From Dimorphilus gyrociliatus (taxonomy: Eukaryota; Animalia; Annelida): a stretch of 64,000 nucleotides of DNA. Made by a program: the position numbers and the translations under genes. Position 1 is the first letter of the stretch. Each line of letters begins with the position of its first letter. Of the stretch, positions 23,838-34,871 are shown one piece after another. Where the stretch lies: the NCBI GenBank assembly GCA_904063045.1, contig CAJFCJ010000003.1, positions 2,156,504 through 2,220,503 on the forward strand, given 5' to 3'. The notes below the pieces were generated by a model. The model had not been told where the DNA came from. It ran no database searches and saw only the letters and a list, made by a program, of their open reading frames with translations.

Positions 23838-26816
23838 TTAACAACAGTCTCCTGTCTCACAGCAAGTCTTGGCTTTGCAGCAACACTTTCCAGAACAACT
23901 GTTACTTGAACAACACGATGCTTCTACTGAGCAACAACATTTATTAGCTGGGCAAGAAGTACATTCACATTTTCCGGATTGACAGCAGTCTCCTGTTTCA
24001 CAGCAAGTCTTGGCTTTGCAGCAACACTTTCCAGAACAACTGTTACTTGAACAACACGATGCTTCTACTGAGCAACAACATTTATTAGCTGGGCAAGAAG
24101 TACATTCACATTTTCCGGATTGACAGCAGTCGCCTGTTTCACAGCAAGTCTTGGCTTTGCAGCAACACTTTCCAGAACAACTGTTACTTGAACAACACGA
24201 TGCTTCTACTGAGCAACAACATTTATTAGCTGGGCAAGAAGTACATTCACATTTTCCGGATTGACAGCAGTCTCCTGTTTCACAGCAAGTCTTGGCTTTG
24301 CAGCAACACTTTCCAGAACAACTGTTACTTGAACAACACGATGCTTCTACTGAGCAACAACATTTATTAGCTGGGCAAGAAGTACATTCACATTTTCCGG
24401 ATTGACAGCAGTCTCCTGTTTCACAGCAAGTCTTGGCTTTGCAGCAACACTTTCCAGAACAACTGTTACTTGAACAACACGATGCTTCTACTGAGCAACA
24501 ACATTTATTAGCTGGGCAAGAAGTACATTCACATTTTCCGGATTGACAGCAGTCGCCTGTTTCACAGCAAGTCTTGGCTTTGCAGCAACACTTTCCAGAA
24601 CAACTGTTACTTGAACAACACGATGCTTCTACTGAGCAACAACATTTATTAGCTGGGCAAGAAGTACATTCACATTTTCCGGATTGACAGCAGTCTCCTG
24701 TTTCACAGCAAGTCTTGGCTTTGCAGCAACACTTTCCAGAACAACTGTTACTTGAACAACACGATGCTTCTACTGAGCAACAACATTTATTAGCTGGGCA
24801 AGAAGTACATTCACATTTTCCGGATTGACAGCAGTCGCCTGTTTCACAGCAAGTCTTGGCTTTGCAGCAACACTTTCCAGAACAACTGTTACTTGAACAA
24901 CACGATGCTTCTACTGAGCAACAACATTTATTAGCTGGGCAAGAAGTACATTCACATTTTCCGGATTGACAGCAGTCTCCTGTTTCACAGCAAGTCTTGG
25001 CTTTGCAGCAACACTTTCCAGAACAACTGTTACTTGAACAACACGATGCTTCTACTGAGCAACAACATTTATTAGCTGGGCAAGAAGTACATTCACATTT
25101 TCCGGATTGACAGCAGTCTCCTGTTTCACAGCAAGTCTTGGCTTTGCAGCAACACTTTCCAGAACAACTGTTACTTGAACAACACGATGCTTCTACTGAG
25201 CAACAACATTTATTAGCTGGGCAAGAAGTACATTCACATTTTCCGGATTGACAGCAGTCGCCTGTTTCACAGCAAGTCTTGGCTTTGCAGCAACACTTTC
25301 CAGAACAACTGTTACTTGAACAACACGATGCTTCTACTGAGCAACAACATTTATTAGCTGGGCAAGAAGTACATTCACATTTTCCGGATTGACAGCAGTC
25401 TCCTGTTTCACAGCAAGTCTTGGCTTTGCAGCAACACTTTCCAGAACAACTGTTACTTGAACAACACGATGCTTCTACTGAGCAACAACATTTATTAGCT
25501 GGGCAAGAAGTACATTCACATTTTCCGGATTGACAGCAGTCTCCTGTTTCACAGCAAGTCTTGGCTTTGCAGCAACACTTTCCAGAACAACTGTTACTTG
25601 AACAACACGATGCTTCTACTGAGCAACAACATTTATTAGCTGGGCAAGAAGTACATTCACATTTTCCGGATTGACAGCAGTCGCCTGTTTCACAGCAAGT
25701 CTTGGCTTTGCAGCAACACTTTCCAGAACAACTGTTACTTGAACAACACGATGCTTCTACTGAGCAACAACATTTATTAGCTGGGCAAGAAGTACATTCA
25801 CATTTTCCGGATTGACAGCAGTCTCCTGTTTCACAGCAAGTCTTGGCTTTGCAGCAACACTTTCCAGAACAACTGTTACTTGAACAACACGATGCTTCTA
25901 CTGAGCAACAACATTTATTAGCTGGGCAAGAAGTACATTCACATTTTCCGGATTGACAGCAGTCTCCTGTTTCACAGCAAGTCTTGGCTTTGCAGCAACA
26001 CTTTCCAGAACAACTGTTACTTGAACAACACGATGCTTCTACTGAGCAACAACATTTATTAGCTGGGCAAGAAGTACATTCACATTTTCCGGATTGACAG
26101 CAGTCGCCTGTTTCACAGCAAGTCTTGGCTTTGCAGCAACACTTTCCAGAACAACTGTTACTTGAACAACACGATGCTTCTACTGAGCAACAACATTTAT
26201 TAGCTGGGCAAGAAGTACATTCACATTTTCCGGATTGACAGCAGTCGCCTGTTTCACAGCAAGTCTTGGCTTTGCAGCAACACTTTCCAGAACAACTGTT
26301 ACTTGAACAACACGATGCTTCTACTGAGCAACAACATTTATTAGCTGGGCAAGAAGTACATTCACATTTTCCGGATTGACAGCAGTCTCCTGTTTCACAG
26401 CAAGTCTTGGCTTTGCAGCAACACTTTCCAGAACAACTGTTACTTGAACAACACGATGCTTCTACTGAGCAACAACATTTATTAGCTGGGCAAGAAGTAC
26501 ATTCACATTTTCCGGATTGACAGCAGTCGCCTGTTTCACAGCAAGTCTTGGCTTTGCAGCAACATTTTCTAGTGTTACTGCTGTTTTTTTTGCAGCATTG
26601 CTTAATTTCACAGGAAAATTTTTGACAGCATGTTTTACCATAGCAGCCACACCTTTGGGAAGGACAAGATGGGCAATCAGACTGTCCTGATTTTTGTTGA
26701 CCAATAGCTGTACAACGGCATTTACTTGAAGAACAATTTTTGCAATTGCAGCTACAAGAATTGTTTTTTCCAGAGCTTTTTTTTTGTTGAAGTTTCGTTG
26801 GTTCTTTTTCGTCCAT
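23838..26816 (-). CDS. Giant Cys-rich, metallothionein-like tandem-repeat protein (992 aa, about 326 Cys)
   Basis: 83-aa head with CxCxC/CxxC motifs, then 19 copies of a 47-aa unit (16 Cys each) and a 16-aa partial unit. The other five frames are closed in every unit. AATAAA lies about 64 nt after the stop (23769-23774). Confidence 0.8.
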   Translation of the reverse strand: MDEKEPTKLQQKKSSGKNNSCSCNCKNCSSSKCRCTAIGQQKSGQSDCPSCPSQRCGCYGKTCCQKFSCEIKQCCKKNSSNTRKCCCKAKTCCETGDCCQSGKCECTSCPANKCCCSVEASCCSSNSCSGKCCCKAKTCCETGDCCQSGKCECTSCPANKCCCSVEASCCSSNSCSGKCCCKAKTCCETGDCCQSGKCECTSCPANKCCCSVEASCCSSNSCSGKCCCKAKTCCETGDCCQSGKCECTSCPANKCCCSVEASCCSSNSCSGKCCCKAKTCCETGDCCQSGKCECTSCPANKCCCSVEASCCSSNSCSGKCCCKAKTCCETGDCCQSGKCECTSCPANKCCCSVEASCCSSNSCSGKCCCKAKTCCETGDCCQSGKCECTSCPANKCCCSVEASCCSSNSCSGKCCCKAKTCCETGDCCQSGKCECTSCPANKCCCSVEASCCSSNSCSGKCCCKAKTCCETGDCCQSGKCECTSCPANKCCCSVEASCCSSNSCSGKCCCKAKTCCETGDCCQSGKCECTSCPANKCCCSVEASCCSSNSCSGKCCCKAKTCCETGDCCQSGKCECTSCPANKCCCSVEASCCSSNSCSGKCCCKAKTCCETGDCCQSGKCECTSCPANKCCCSVEASCCSSNSCSGKCCCKAKTCCETGDCCQSGKCECTSCPANKCCCSVEASCCSSNSCSGKCCCKAKTCCETGDCCQSGKCECTSCPANKCCCSVEASCCSSNSCSGKCCCKAKTCCETGDCCQSGKCECTSCPANKCCCSVEASCCSSNSCSGKCCCKAKTCCETGDCCQSGKCECTSCPANKCCCSVEASCCSSNSCSGKCCCKAKTCCETGDCCQSGKCECTSCPANKCCCSVEASCCSSNSCSGKCCCKAKTCCETGDCCQSGKCECTSCPANKCCCSVEASCCSSNSCSGKCCCKAKTCCETGDCCQSGKCECTSCPANKCCCSVEASCCSSNSCSGKCCCKAKTCCETGDCC
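23841..26567. repeat. Coding tandem array, 141-bp unit x about 19.3, nearly identical
   Basis: GACAGCAGTC recurs at 23981, 24122, ... 26519 (exact 141-nt spacing). The single internal variant is GGA/GGC (Gly). Confidence 0.97.
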
Positions 26817-27440
26817 AGTTTCTGGAGTAATGATTATGTTTTACTGAAGAGACTGTTCTTTTATTATTTTTTCACGTTTTCACATGGCAGCTGTTTTTTG
26901 TTCTTTTTCACACGTCCTGTGAAATTTGCAGTTCTTATCTCGTTTTTTAAAGCTTTTTTATGACTTTAAAATCAGATTTTATCAATGTGAATCATCCCAA
27001 TTTCACATTTTATGAATATTGCAGTCGGCACTTTTCATTAGATAAATTTTGGTGATAGGCAGTGATTAAGTTTCTAAGCATAAATTTTTTTTAAAAGTTT
27101 ATTTGTTGAAATTGTGATAGAGACCTGTAATCACTAATTTATCTGTATTGCCTCTGTAATGTGAAAATCTTTTTTCACAACTATATATGAACACTTTTAT
27201 GTGAATAACGATGTTCTCTGTAGCCAATGTTTCATATCCTTAATGCTATAATGCTTTTCTTTGCTTTTGATTAATATTTTAAAAAGATATTTTGTCATTT
27301 TTTTTAAATAACGATTTCTTTTTTTTTGTCAGAAACATAGTAAATACGTTTATTTGTAGAAGTCCAATAGACGCTAAATTTAAAGTATGAAAACAACGAA
27401 ATGGCGAACGCTGTAAAGCGAATCAAGTTTACTTAAATAA

Positions 27441-29390
27441 TCAACATCTAATCATTGACGTTTTAAAAGAGCATTTCTGTTTACTACAGAACGAATAATT
27501 TTCACCATATTTTGAGTAATCTGACTCCGCTCGTCTTCTGTTGCAGCACGTATTGCATATATTTTCAAAACTTTATCCCCATGATTAAAAGATCCAATGC
27601 ATCTGTGATTTCACAGGTGTACTAATTAAATATGTATTGTAAGAATTACCTTAACCACATTCCTCTATAAAATGGTGCATGCTCACTATCCTGTTTTGAA
27701 GAATTAATTAATTAACAAACAATTAATCGTATGTTTCTAGACAATAAATTGAATTATTAATATTTAATAAAAATGTAATTGTTGAAAATGAATATTGTAG
27801 TTATAGACCATATTCACTGATGATGTCAGATATATGTACTCACCAAAATGCCTTCTATACATTTAATAGAATAATGACCATCTTTCAATGAAAAGAGCTT
27901 CTGATTACCATCTTCAACAATAGCTGAATTTAGTTGGCCTTTAAAAGTAAGTTCACGAAATTAGTACAAATTAAATTATTTACTTTATTACCAAAAACTT
28001 CGTATAAAACATGAGGCTTTGTCTTCCGTAAGCTTACTGGAAGATCTCCCAGAACTAAATTGTGAATATTGGTAAGTATAATTCGCATACTTATGTCGGG
28101 TTGAGAAAGTTTCTTGGGTGAACTTGCAGATTTCCTCTAAATATTAATGAAATAAACTCAACGTTAGTTGATTAAAAAGAAATACTTTTTTTATTGGTTT
28201 TTTTTCATCTCGTACTGGATGATTTTCAGCTCTACTTTGGGGATCGTTTTGAGAAAAAATTTCTCTTTTCCCAGCAAAAGAATTAAAGGGAGTGTAAAAC
28301 AGTTGCCCATTTGGGGGCTGTCCAGGAAAACGTAATGCATCTCTCTGAAACAAGATAATTTCTTATCCAGTATTTTAGTTCCGTGTAAATTACCTTCTCA
28401 TCGTTTAGACTTCTTCTGGAGATCTAAATTTTACGATTCCATGAATTAACATAGATATAATCAAATTGTAGAATAATAGTATTTACTTGTCTAGTATAAT
28501 CATTCAAAGGCATTCCGTTCGATGACGAATGGGGAAAATTATTCGAAGGCGTTTGAAGCTGGGAGATTGCGGATATTTATAAGCAATAGGTGTTTTCAAG
28601 TCTTTGACTTACGACATGCATCTTTGTTTGATAAGGTTGATCATATGATACATCAGAATTTGCCGGAGAAACGTAGCCAACCATCTGAAATTTTAAATAG
28701 AAAAGAAAATATCGTAAACAATATATATGTAATAATATACGGGTTGAGAAATATAGTTTGAATTATAGCATCCTTTTCTTTCGTAGTCTTCATGTAGAGT
28801 CTGTTTCGTTTCAATAATGCATTAGATATTCATTAAATATATTCTAGAATAAGACCTGAGATTCCGGAAAATGTGACAGTTGTTTACGCACGACGTAACT
28901 CATCTAGACAAAGAAATTATAATTGCATAAAAAGTTTTATAAAATCTTACTGATGCATTTCTCTTGTCTTTTACGTTATTTGAAACGTGCTTATTTTCAA
29001 ATTTGAGACCATTACGTATATTCTGCTTTGGTTATTACTAAGTTAAATAAACAACTCTGAAGGTCACTAGAACTAACCATATTATTATCTTGATGAGATG
29101 TCTCAACAATCCCTGATGAGGAAAGTTTATTCTGATGAAATTTCGCAAATTGACGACTTTTAGTTTTCGAATTTTCACTGTTTCCGTTAGGTATTTCCAT
29201 TGGAGTTTTTATCATAGCTCCAGTTTGCTCTTTTTGGTTCAAGAGTTTCGTACAGACTAAAAACCTAATATTAATTAAATGCCTTACCATTTTCCTTCTT
29301 ACTAGAATTCTGCAAAACTGGATATCTCTGTGGATTTCTCCTTTGGAATGATAAATTTAGCACTCCTAATTTACCATTGGAACCATTATG
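27441..29390 (-). CDS. Uncharacterised multi-exon gene with a Cys-rich C-terminus; 5' end uncertain
   Basis: A chain of short open exons with GT-AG ends: MVGYVSPANSD..; LQTPSNNFPH..; ISRRSLNDEK; RDALRFPGQPP..; RKSASSPKKL..; GQLNSAIVED..; DSEHAPFYRGMWLR; CIGSF..KICNTCCNRRR..FCSKQKC..RC*. Confidence 0.6.
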
Positions 29391-29548
29391 AGCCCTTTTG
29401 AGTTCACTATGCCTTATGTAAAGGAAAGTCAATTACAATATCATTAGAAAGTGACGATTAATATACAAAAAATAACATACGATAGCATATCTTTCAAGAA
29501 CAATTTAAATTTGTTCCAGAGAGCAAATTCTTTTTGATTTAAATTTCA

Positions 29549-29565
29549 ACCACCAGATGGTAGCA
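29549..29565 (+). promoter_or_regulatory. CTCF-like motif in the divergent orphan/PISD promoter
   Basis: ACCACCAGATGGTAGCA. Confidence 0.45.
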
Positions 29566-29811
29566 GTAAAATGGGACATCGTAAAATGAGGCCTTAAATT
29601 GAATATATTTTGTAAAACAACGTGCAAACATCAACTTCGACTTTCTAAGTATAAATATTGAAAATCTTTGCAAGTTATATTATTATTTAATTTGGATATA
29701 GACATATTGTTATTTGGCTTACTGGAACTTTGTTATGAAATATTGTTCTTCAAAAATTACTTAACAAAGGAGCGACAATATCACGATATTTCCTGATTGA
29801 GTTCACAAAGT

Positions 29812-30897
29812 ATGATGTTTCGATTAGCACCTTATATTGTAAGGATAGGTAGGGGGAAACTTTCACCAGTTTCTCCTAATTTCCAATCAGCCATGAGGCA
29901 ATTATCTCAATCTCCTAAAGAAGAACGTTTAATTTTTAAATGGTTCAAACCAATGTCTTTTGGTATCCTGGGATGTATTTGTTATCTTCAATTCTTTCAT
30001 GTGGTTGAAAGGGAACAAAAGAAGTATGATATGGATTTACAATTTGAGGGAATTAGCGTTAAATTATATAAATTTTTACCACTATCTACATTATCCCGAG
30101 TCTGGGGTTTTTTAAATAATTTAACTTTGCCCGTCTTTCTTCGTGAGCCTATTTTGAAACTGTACATCAATACATTTTCCTGTAATCTCTCTGAAGCAGC
30201 TATAAGGGATTTGACCTATTATAAGAATCTTGCAGAGTTTTTTAGAAGGAAACTTCGTCCGGAAGTTCGTCCCATTGACAAAACAGCTGATCTTGTGTCA
30301 CCATCAGATGGAAGGATTTTACATTTCGGCTCATGTTCAAATGGTAATTTAGAGCAAGTCAAAGGCGTCAAATTCAGAATATTTGCCTTACTTGGCAAAA
30401 CAGAGTTGGATCAACGTTTAAAGGAGGAAAATGTTGATTTGTACTATTGCACAATATATTTAGCACCAGGAGATTATCACCGTTTTCATGCCCCTGCAGA
30501 CTGGCAGATTACATTTAGGCGACACTTTCCAGGAAAGTTACTGAGTGTAAGTGCTATTATAGCTCGAAAAGTTAGGGGATTATTTACCATTAACGAAAGA
30601 GTAGTCTACACTGGACATTGGAAGCATGGTTTTTTTGGAATGATTCCAATTGGAGCAACAAACGTTGGCAATATAAAAATCTACCACGATAAAGAGTTGC
30701 GAACAAATTTACCAAAACGTTTCTTGATGGATCAGAATCCTGAATCAACAACTTCTGTTGAGTTTAAGAAGGGGGACCACTTCGGTGAATTTAATTTAGG
30801 CTCTTCTATTATTTTGGTTTTTGAAGCTCCCAAAAATTTTAAATTTGCCGTTAATAGGGGTGAAAAAATAAAAATGGGTCAAAAATTGGGACAATAA
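29812..30897 (+). CDS. PISD: Mitochondrial phosphatidylserine decarboxylase proenzyme, intronless
   Basis: PLSTLSRVWG; FFRRKL; SPSDGRIL; IYLAPGDYHRFH; GATNVG; FNLGSSIILVFEAP autocleavage site. First ATG is at 29812 (the ORF track starts at a TTG). Confidence 0.95.
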   Translation: MMFRLAPYIVRIGRGKLSPVSPNFQSAMRQLSQSPKEERLIFKWFKPMSFGILGCICYLQFFHVVEREQKKYDMDLQFEGISVKLYKFLPLSTLSRVWGFLNNLTLPVFLREPILKLYINTFSCNLSEAAIRDLTYYKNLAEFFRRKLRPEVRPIDKTADLVSPSDGRILHFGSCSNGNLEQVKGVKFRIFALLGKTELDQRLKEENVDLYYCTIYLAPGDYHRFHAPADWQITFRRHFPGKLLSVSAIIARKVRGLFTINERVVYTGHWKHGFFGMIPIGATNVGNIKIYHDKELRTNLPKRFLMDQNPESTTSVEFKKGDHFGEFNLGSSIILVFEAPKNFKFAVNRGEKIKMGQKLGQ

Positions 30898-30922
30898 GCG
30901 TTTGAATGTATTTTCTGCTCTT

Positions 30923-32357
30923 CTAGTTATCACGTACACTGGACGTGGGATCAGTGATACGAACGAGTAACTTTCGGACACAGCCACTAAATTCAGATTT
31001 TATATCCTCAATTAATCGTTTTTCGTATATTTCGTCATATATGTCTTTGATAGAATCGAGATCAGTCTGAAATATTAAAGGAATACATATTAGATGATAA
31101 TATATTTTTTTCTAACCTCTGAGTGCTGAATCAATAGTCTGAAAAAAGACTCATCATCTTCATCCTTCCCACAGAGTGTGCTGTGCAGTCTCTCTGCCCA
31201 ATAAGTTAACGGATCTCTGGCATACGCCACAATTGTCTTGAATGCAGTGCAAATATCTCCCGAAAACTGATTATCCAAAGAACGCTCGATTGTCATTTCG
31301 GCAATGTGTTCGAATTGATTAAAAGTTGCCCGTAATTGACACCACGACTTTGAGACTAAAATATTTATGAAGACTTCTTCATTTTTATCAGAATTTGTCC
31401 CTTCTCCATTCTATTTGTAAAAAACATGAAATTTGAAAATATTTTAATGCTTCAGATATCCCGAGGAAAAAAGATATCTAAAGAATTTTATATGACGGTT
31501 ATTTTTTTACTAAAAGCTGTTTTGTTCAGTCTTTTTCAAAATCAAAAAAATAATTTGCCCTTGTTTAGATTTTAGTTAAGTTCACAAAATAAAACAATTT
31601 GTTATTAAATTAATAGTAAAGAATATCAATATACATCATATAAAGCTTTCGCATCCTCTTCCGCCTCTGCTTCATTCACTTCATTTGACTGGCTTCTTTT
31701 GCCTTCTAATAAGCCAAGCATAAGCTTTTGATTGGGACCACTGGTATCACTTTTTATCATATATTCCAAAGGTGTTTCATGAACTGTAATAAAGTATGTT
31801 TAGATAGAATCCAACGTACAAATTGTTCATAATCTTTGAAAGCAATAAATAAATCACAAGGCTATTATAACTAGAGAATTGAATGCTCACTTTCCGCATA
31901 AGCTGTTTTCAGGTCCTCCATTTCCTCAGCTGTTCGCGCACATATAATTTCAGTTAGCCAAACTTCGTTAGTTCCTATATTTTGCAGAGCTTTTTTTGTG
32001 TATTGAGCATCCCAGAGACGTCTGGGAGTCAAGAGGGACACACATAGATCCTCAAAACTACCCATTAATTCGTCCTTGAGGTCATCAGTAAGATCCTGTA
32101 AATTGTACAAGAATGCAAAACCATGATCTAAATAAAGAAAAACTTACATTATTATATTCTTCAGAATATTTTTTCGATATATCCTGGAGCTGAGAATTTG
32201 AATGTTCAGATAATAATTTAATAAGTCGGTACTCGTCAGTACCCAGACCTCGGAATGCTCTTTTAAAATCTTTGGCCTTCTCCAAAGTATAGCCATCATT
32301 TTCAAATTTTGAATTAGGCTTGATTGATGGCCTAAGTTTTTTGTTTTCTAGATCCAT
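30923..32357 (-). CDS. Annexin with four repeats, multi-exon
   Basis: RGLGTDE..DELMGSFE; NIGTNE..SDTSG; GEGT..FSGD; IKSEFSGC. Last exon ends ..RDN* at 30923. Confidence 0.9.
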
Positions 32358-32894
32358 TAGAGTTGTTTAAAACAATTGACCGTTGTTCGTTGGTAGCTAA
32401 GGGTGCACCTATCTAATATTGATAAGGAAAACTCCCGTTACCATAAACAACAGGCCGTCGAGAGGTTGTTGAAAACAAATGGATTTTTTGCTATCCTTTT
32501 ATGCTTTGTTAGCTGAAGCCCACTACTTTATTTAAACAGATATTAATTTAATCAATGTAGAGTCTTCATATTTTTCTGTTTATAAAAGTTCATTATATAC
32601 GCCAAAAACATTTATTAGTTGAGGATTAAATTAATTAGTTAATTAATTTCAACAAACAAAATTAACAATATTTATACGAGCACTCTCTGGCTCATAGTAT
32701 ATAAAAGCATCAATTGTATCCTTGCTGTTGACTATTTATTTCTAAATTCAAAGTCGGATCACAAAATTAGTTGAGATTAACGTCACAGAAGTGAAAACGG
32801 ATGACATTGTCCTAGCAAAGACAATAGTATGAGATAAAGACACCTAACTCTCACTTTCTTTTCACGGATTTGATAATTGTCTCTATACAACAAT

Positions 32895-34871
32895 CTAAGA
32901 ACTTCTCAATCTTAAAGGAGATGATGCTTGGTCTTTATAAGCTTTCGATAATAAATGTCTATCCCTCATCAATCTGAATAGTGGAATATAGTTGGATGCC
33001 AACATAAACGATAAACCTATTATCTGACTCCATTCAGATGATTGAATTAATTGTACAATCTGATAGAGTATGGCGCACCAAGTAAAGATGAGAAGCCAGT
33101 GTAGAACTCTTAACGGCTTTTCGAATAGAAACTAAAAAGAAATACAAAAATAAATATCTTTCCTATTGTTTTATAAAACATATACTAACATAAAACCTCT
33201 GATGTGTAGTATTAGCAGGTTCAGCAGAATTATTACAACCTTCCGCCTTAAACAATCCTCGGACATGTTTAACAAGGGATCCTTTTTGCCAAATTTGTAA
33301 TTCTGACCATGAAGAATAGGGCATGTGAGGATTTCGGTTTTCTACCTTAGTCCATTTTCCAAGATGTAATGCGCAGCGATGTAACGTATCAAGATACGAT
33401 GGTGATAAGGCATGAAGACAAAGAGGAAGGAAAGCTCCTACCCATGTCATTAAGACATGTTGAGCAACCCACCATGTGTCATAATACAAAGTGTTCTGGA
33501 AATTTGAACAAAATATAGTTATATCTTTAAACTTAATATAAAGTAGGAAATGATAAATTAAGCATATATTATGCGTACCTGAGTAAAGCAGATTGGTATT
33601 AAAGCAGTCATATAAGTAACTAAAATAGAATTAAACAAAACGTGCTTAATTCTATGATTAAAATCCGTCTTTAATATTTCAACTTCTTGCCTAATGGATT
33701 CTGGTGATGTTGAACACATGTGAACGGGGTCCTCCTTCTTACTCGGACCAGTGAAGAATGGCTTTAAATCCAACCCAAATAATAACATGTAAATAAAGAG
33801 TGGATAGATGAAAAAGAGAGCGTAGTATGGCGAATGTTCAACCTTTCATAGATATAATCCACACTATTACAAATTGTGTTCTATTTTTAAAAGACTCTAA
33901 TTCGTAAAACTTAAAGTGTAACTAAAGAAAAATTTTTTACTGATTAATTTGGATAGAGTTAAATGAAGAAAAAAGTAAAGTATTGCTAAGATACTTATTA
34001 CAAAACATCGTAAGTCTCTTCGTCATTAGCGATTGTCAAACACAGATATTAATTAATATCTTGCATGGATTATTCTTGTTAAAATAATTGTTTTTAATTA
34101 TTATTCTACTTTATATATCCAGATTATATCTATAAAAGCACCACGATACTATAGGCAGATAAAATCAATGTAGTTCCAACAACTAGAAGAACAACTCCTT
34201 TTAACAGAAATAAAGTTAATTTAGCAGCGCCTTTGAATGAGTTACCAAAACTCTGAAAAAGCACAAAAACAAATCTTCGTGACAATACTCCAATGATTAA
34301 AGTAGTTAAATGAGGATCAATGAGGTCGATATTTAAGGCATATTTGGCACTGGAGTGCGGTAACCACCAAACAGTCTTGTATAAGTTTATGTATTGGAGC
34401 ATGAGGCAAAGGAGAACATAGAATAAAAACAAAATCTCAAACAAGATATCACTTCCTGTCAATATTTCAGGGATGTGGATGTGCTTTGGACCTGTTGTCA
34501 ACGAGGCTCCTGCAATCTGCTCCTCTGTGCTTTAAAATCGCATAATCTTTCAGTCAGTTTCTCAAACAATAGATTTAAAGGTATTTTTTAGAACTAAGAG
34601 TACTTGAAAATAAAACATTGCTAGATCTCGTTAATATCACATTACGTTTATCGGTATAAATTATGTAATAGTCAAAGAGCTAAATATAATTTCCTTTAAT
34701 TGACATCATAGAGATTAAGATAAAATTCATTAAAATTTTCTGTTAAAATATTCAAGTCTAATATATGATATTAATTGATTTAACATACTTTCCAGGATCA
34801 CTTTTCTGCCTCGATACATTATTTGACGAAACGTAGCCAGTGTTTTTCGGTATTTTTTTCCAATTTGGCAT
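32895..34871 (-). CDS. TMEM39: Transmembrane protein 39, multi-exon
   Basis: YLCLMLQYINLYKTVWWLP; HMCSTSPESIRQEVEILKTDFNHRIKHVLFNS; LHRCALHLGKW; FKAEGCNNSAEP; last exon LFEKPLR..NYIPLFRLMRDR. The start exon is inferred. Confidence 0.92.

Noticed and set aside
23981-26560. Gln-rich reading on the + strand of the array
   Set aside because: It is interrupted by TGA once per unit and is simply the antisense of Cys codons.
23838-26567. Repeat array as a CRISPR array or non-coding satellite
   Set aside because: There are no unique spacers. The unit is a multiple of 3, open in exactly one frame, fused to a unique ATG-bearing head, and its only variant is synonymous.
26817-27440. Metal-response elements (TGCRCNC) upstream of the MT-like gene
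   Set aside because: I searched by eye and found no exact match, so metal inducibility is not supported by a promoter motif. Scattered Cys codons here do not form an ORF.
30790-30810. PISD LGSS instead of LGST at the autocleavage site
   Set aside because: The Gly-Ser scissile bond is intact, and Ser at the last position is known in active decarboxylases.
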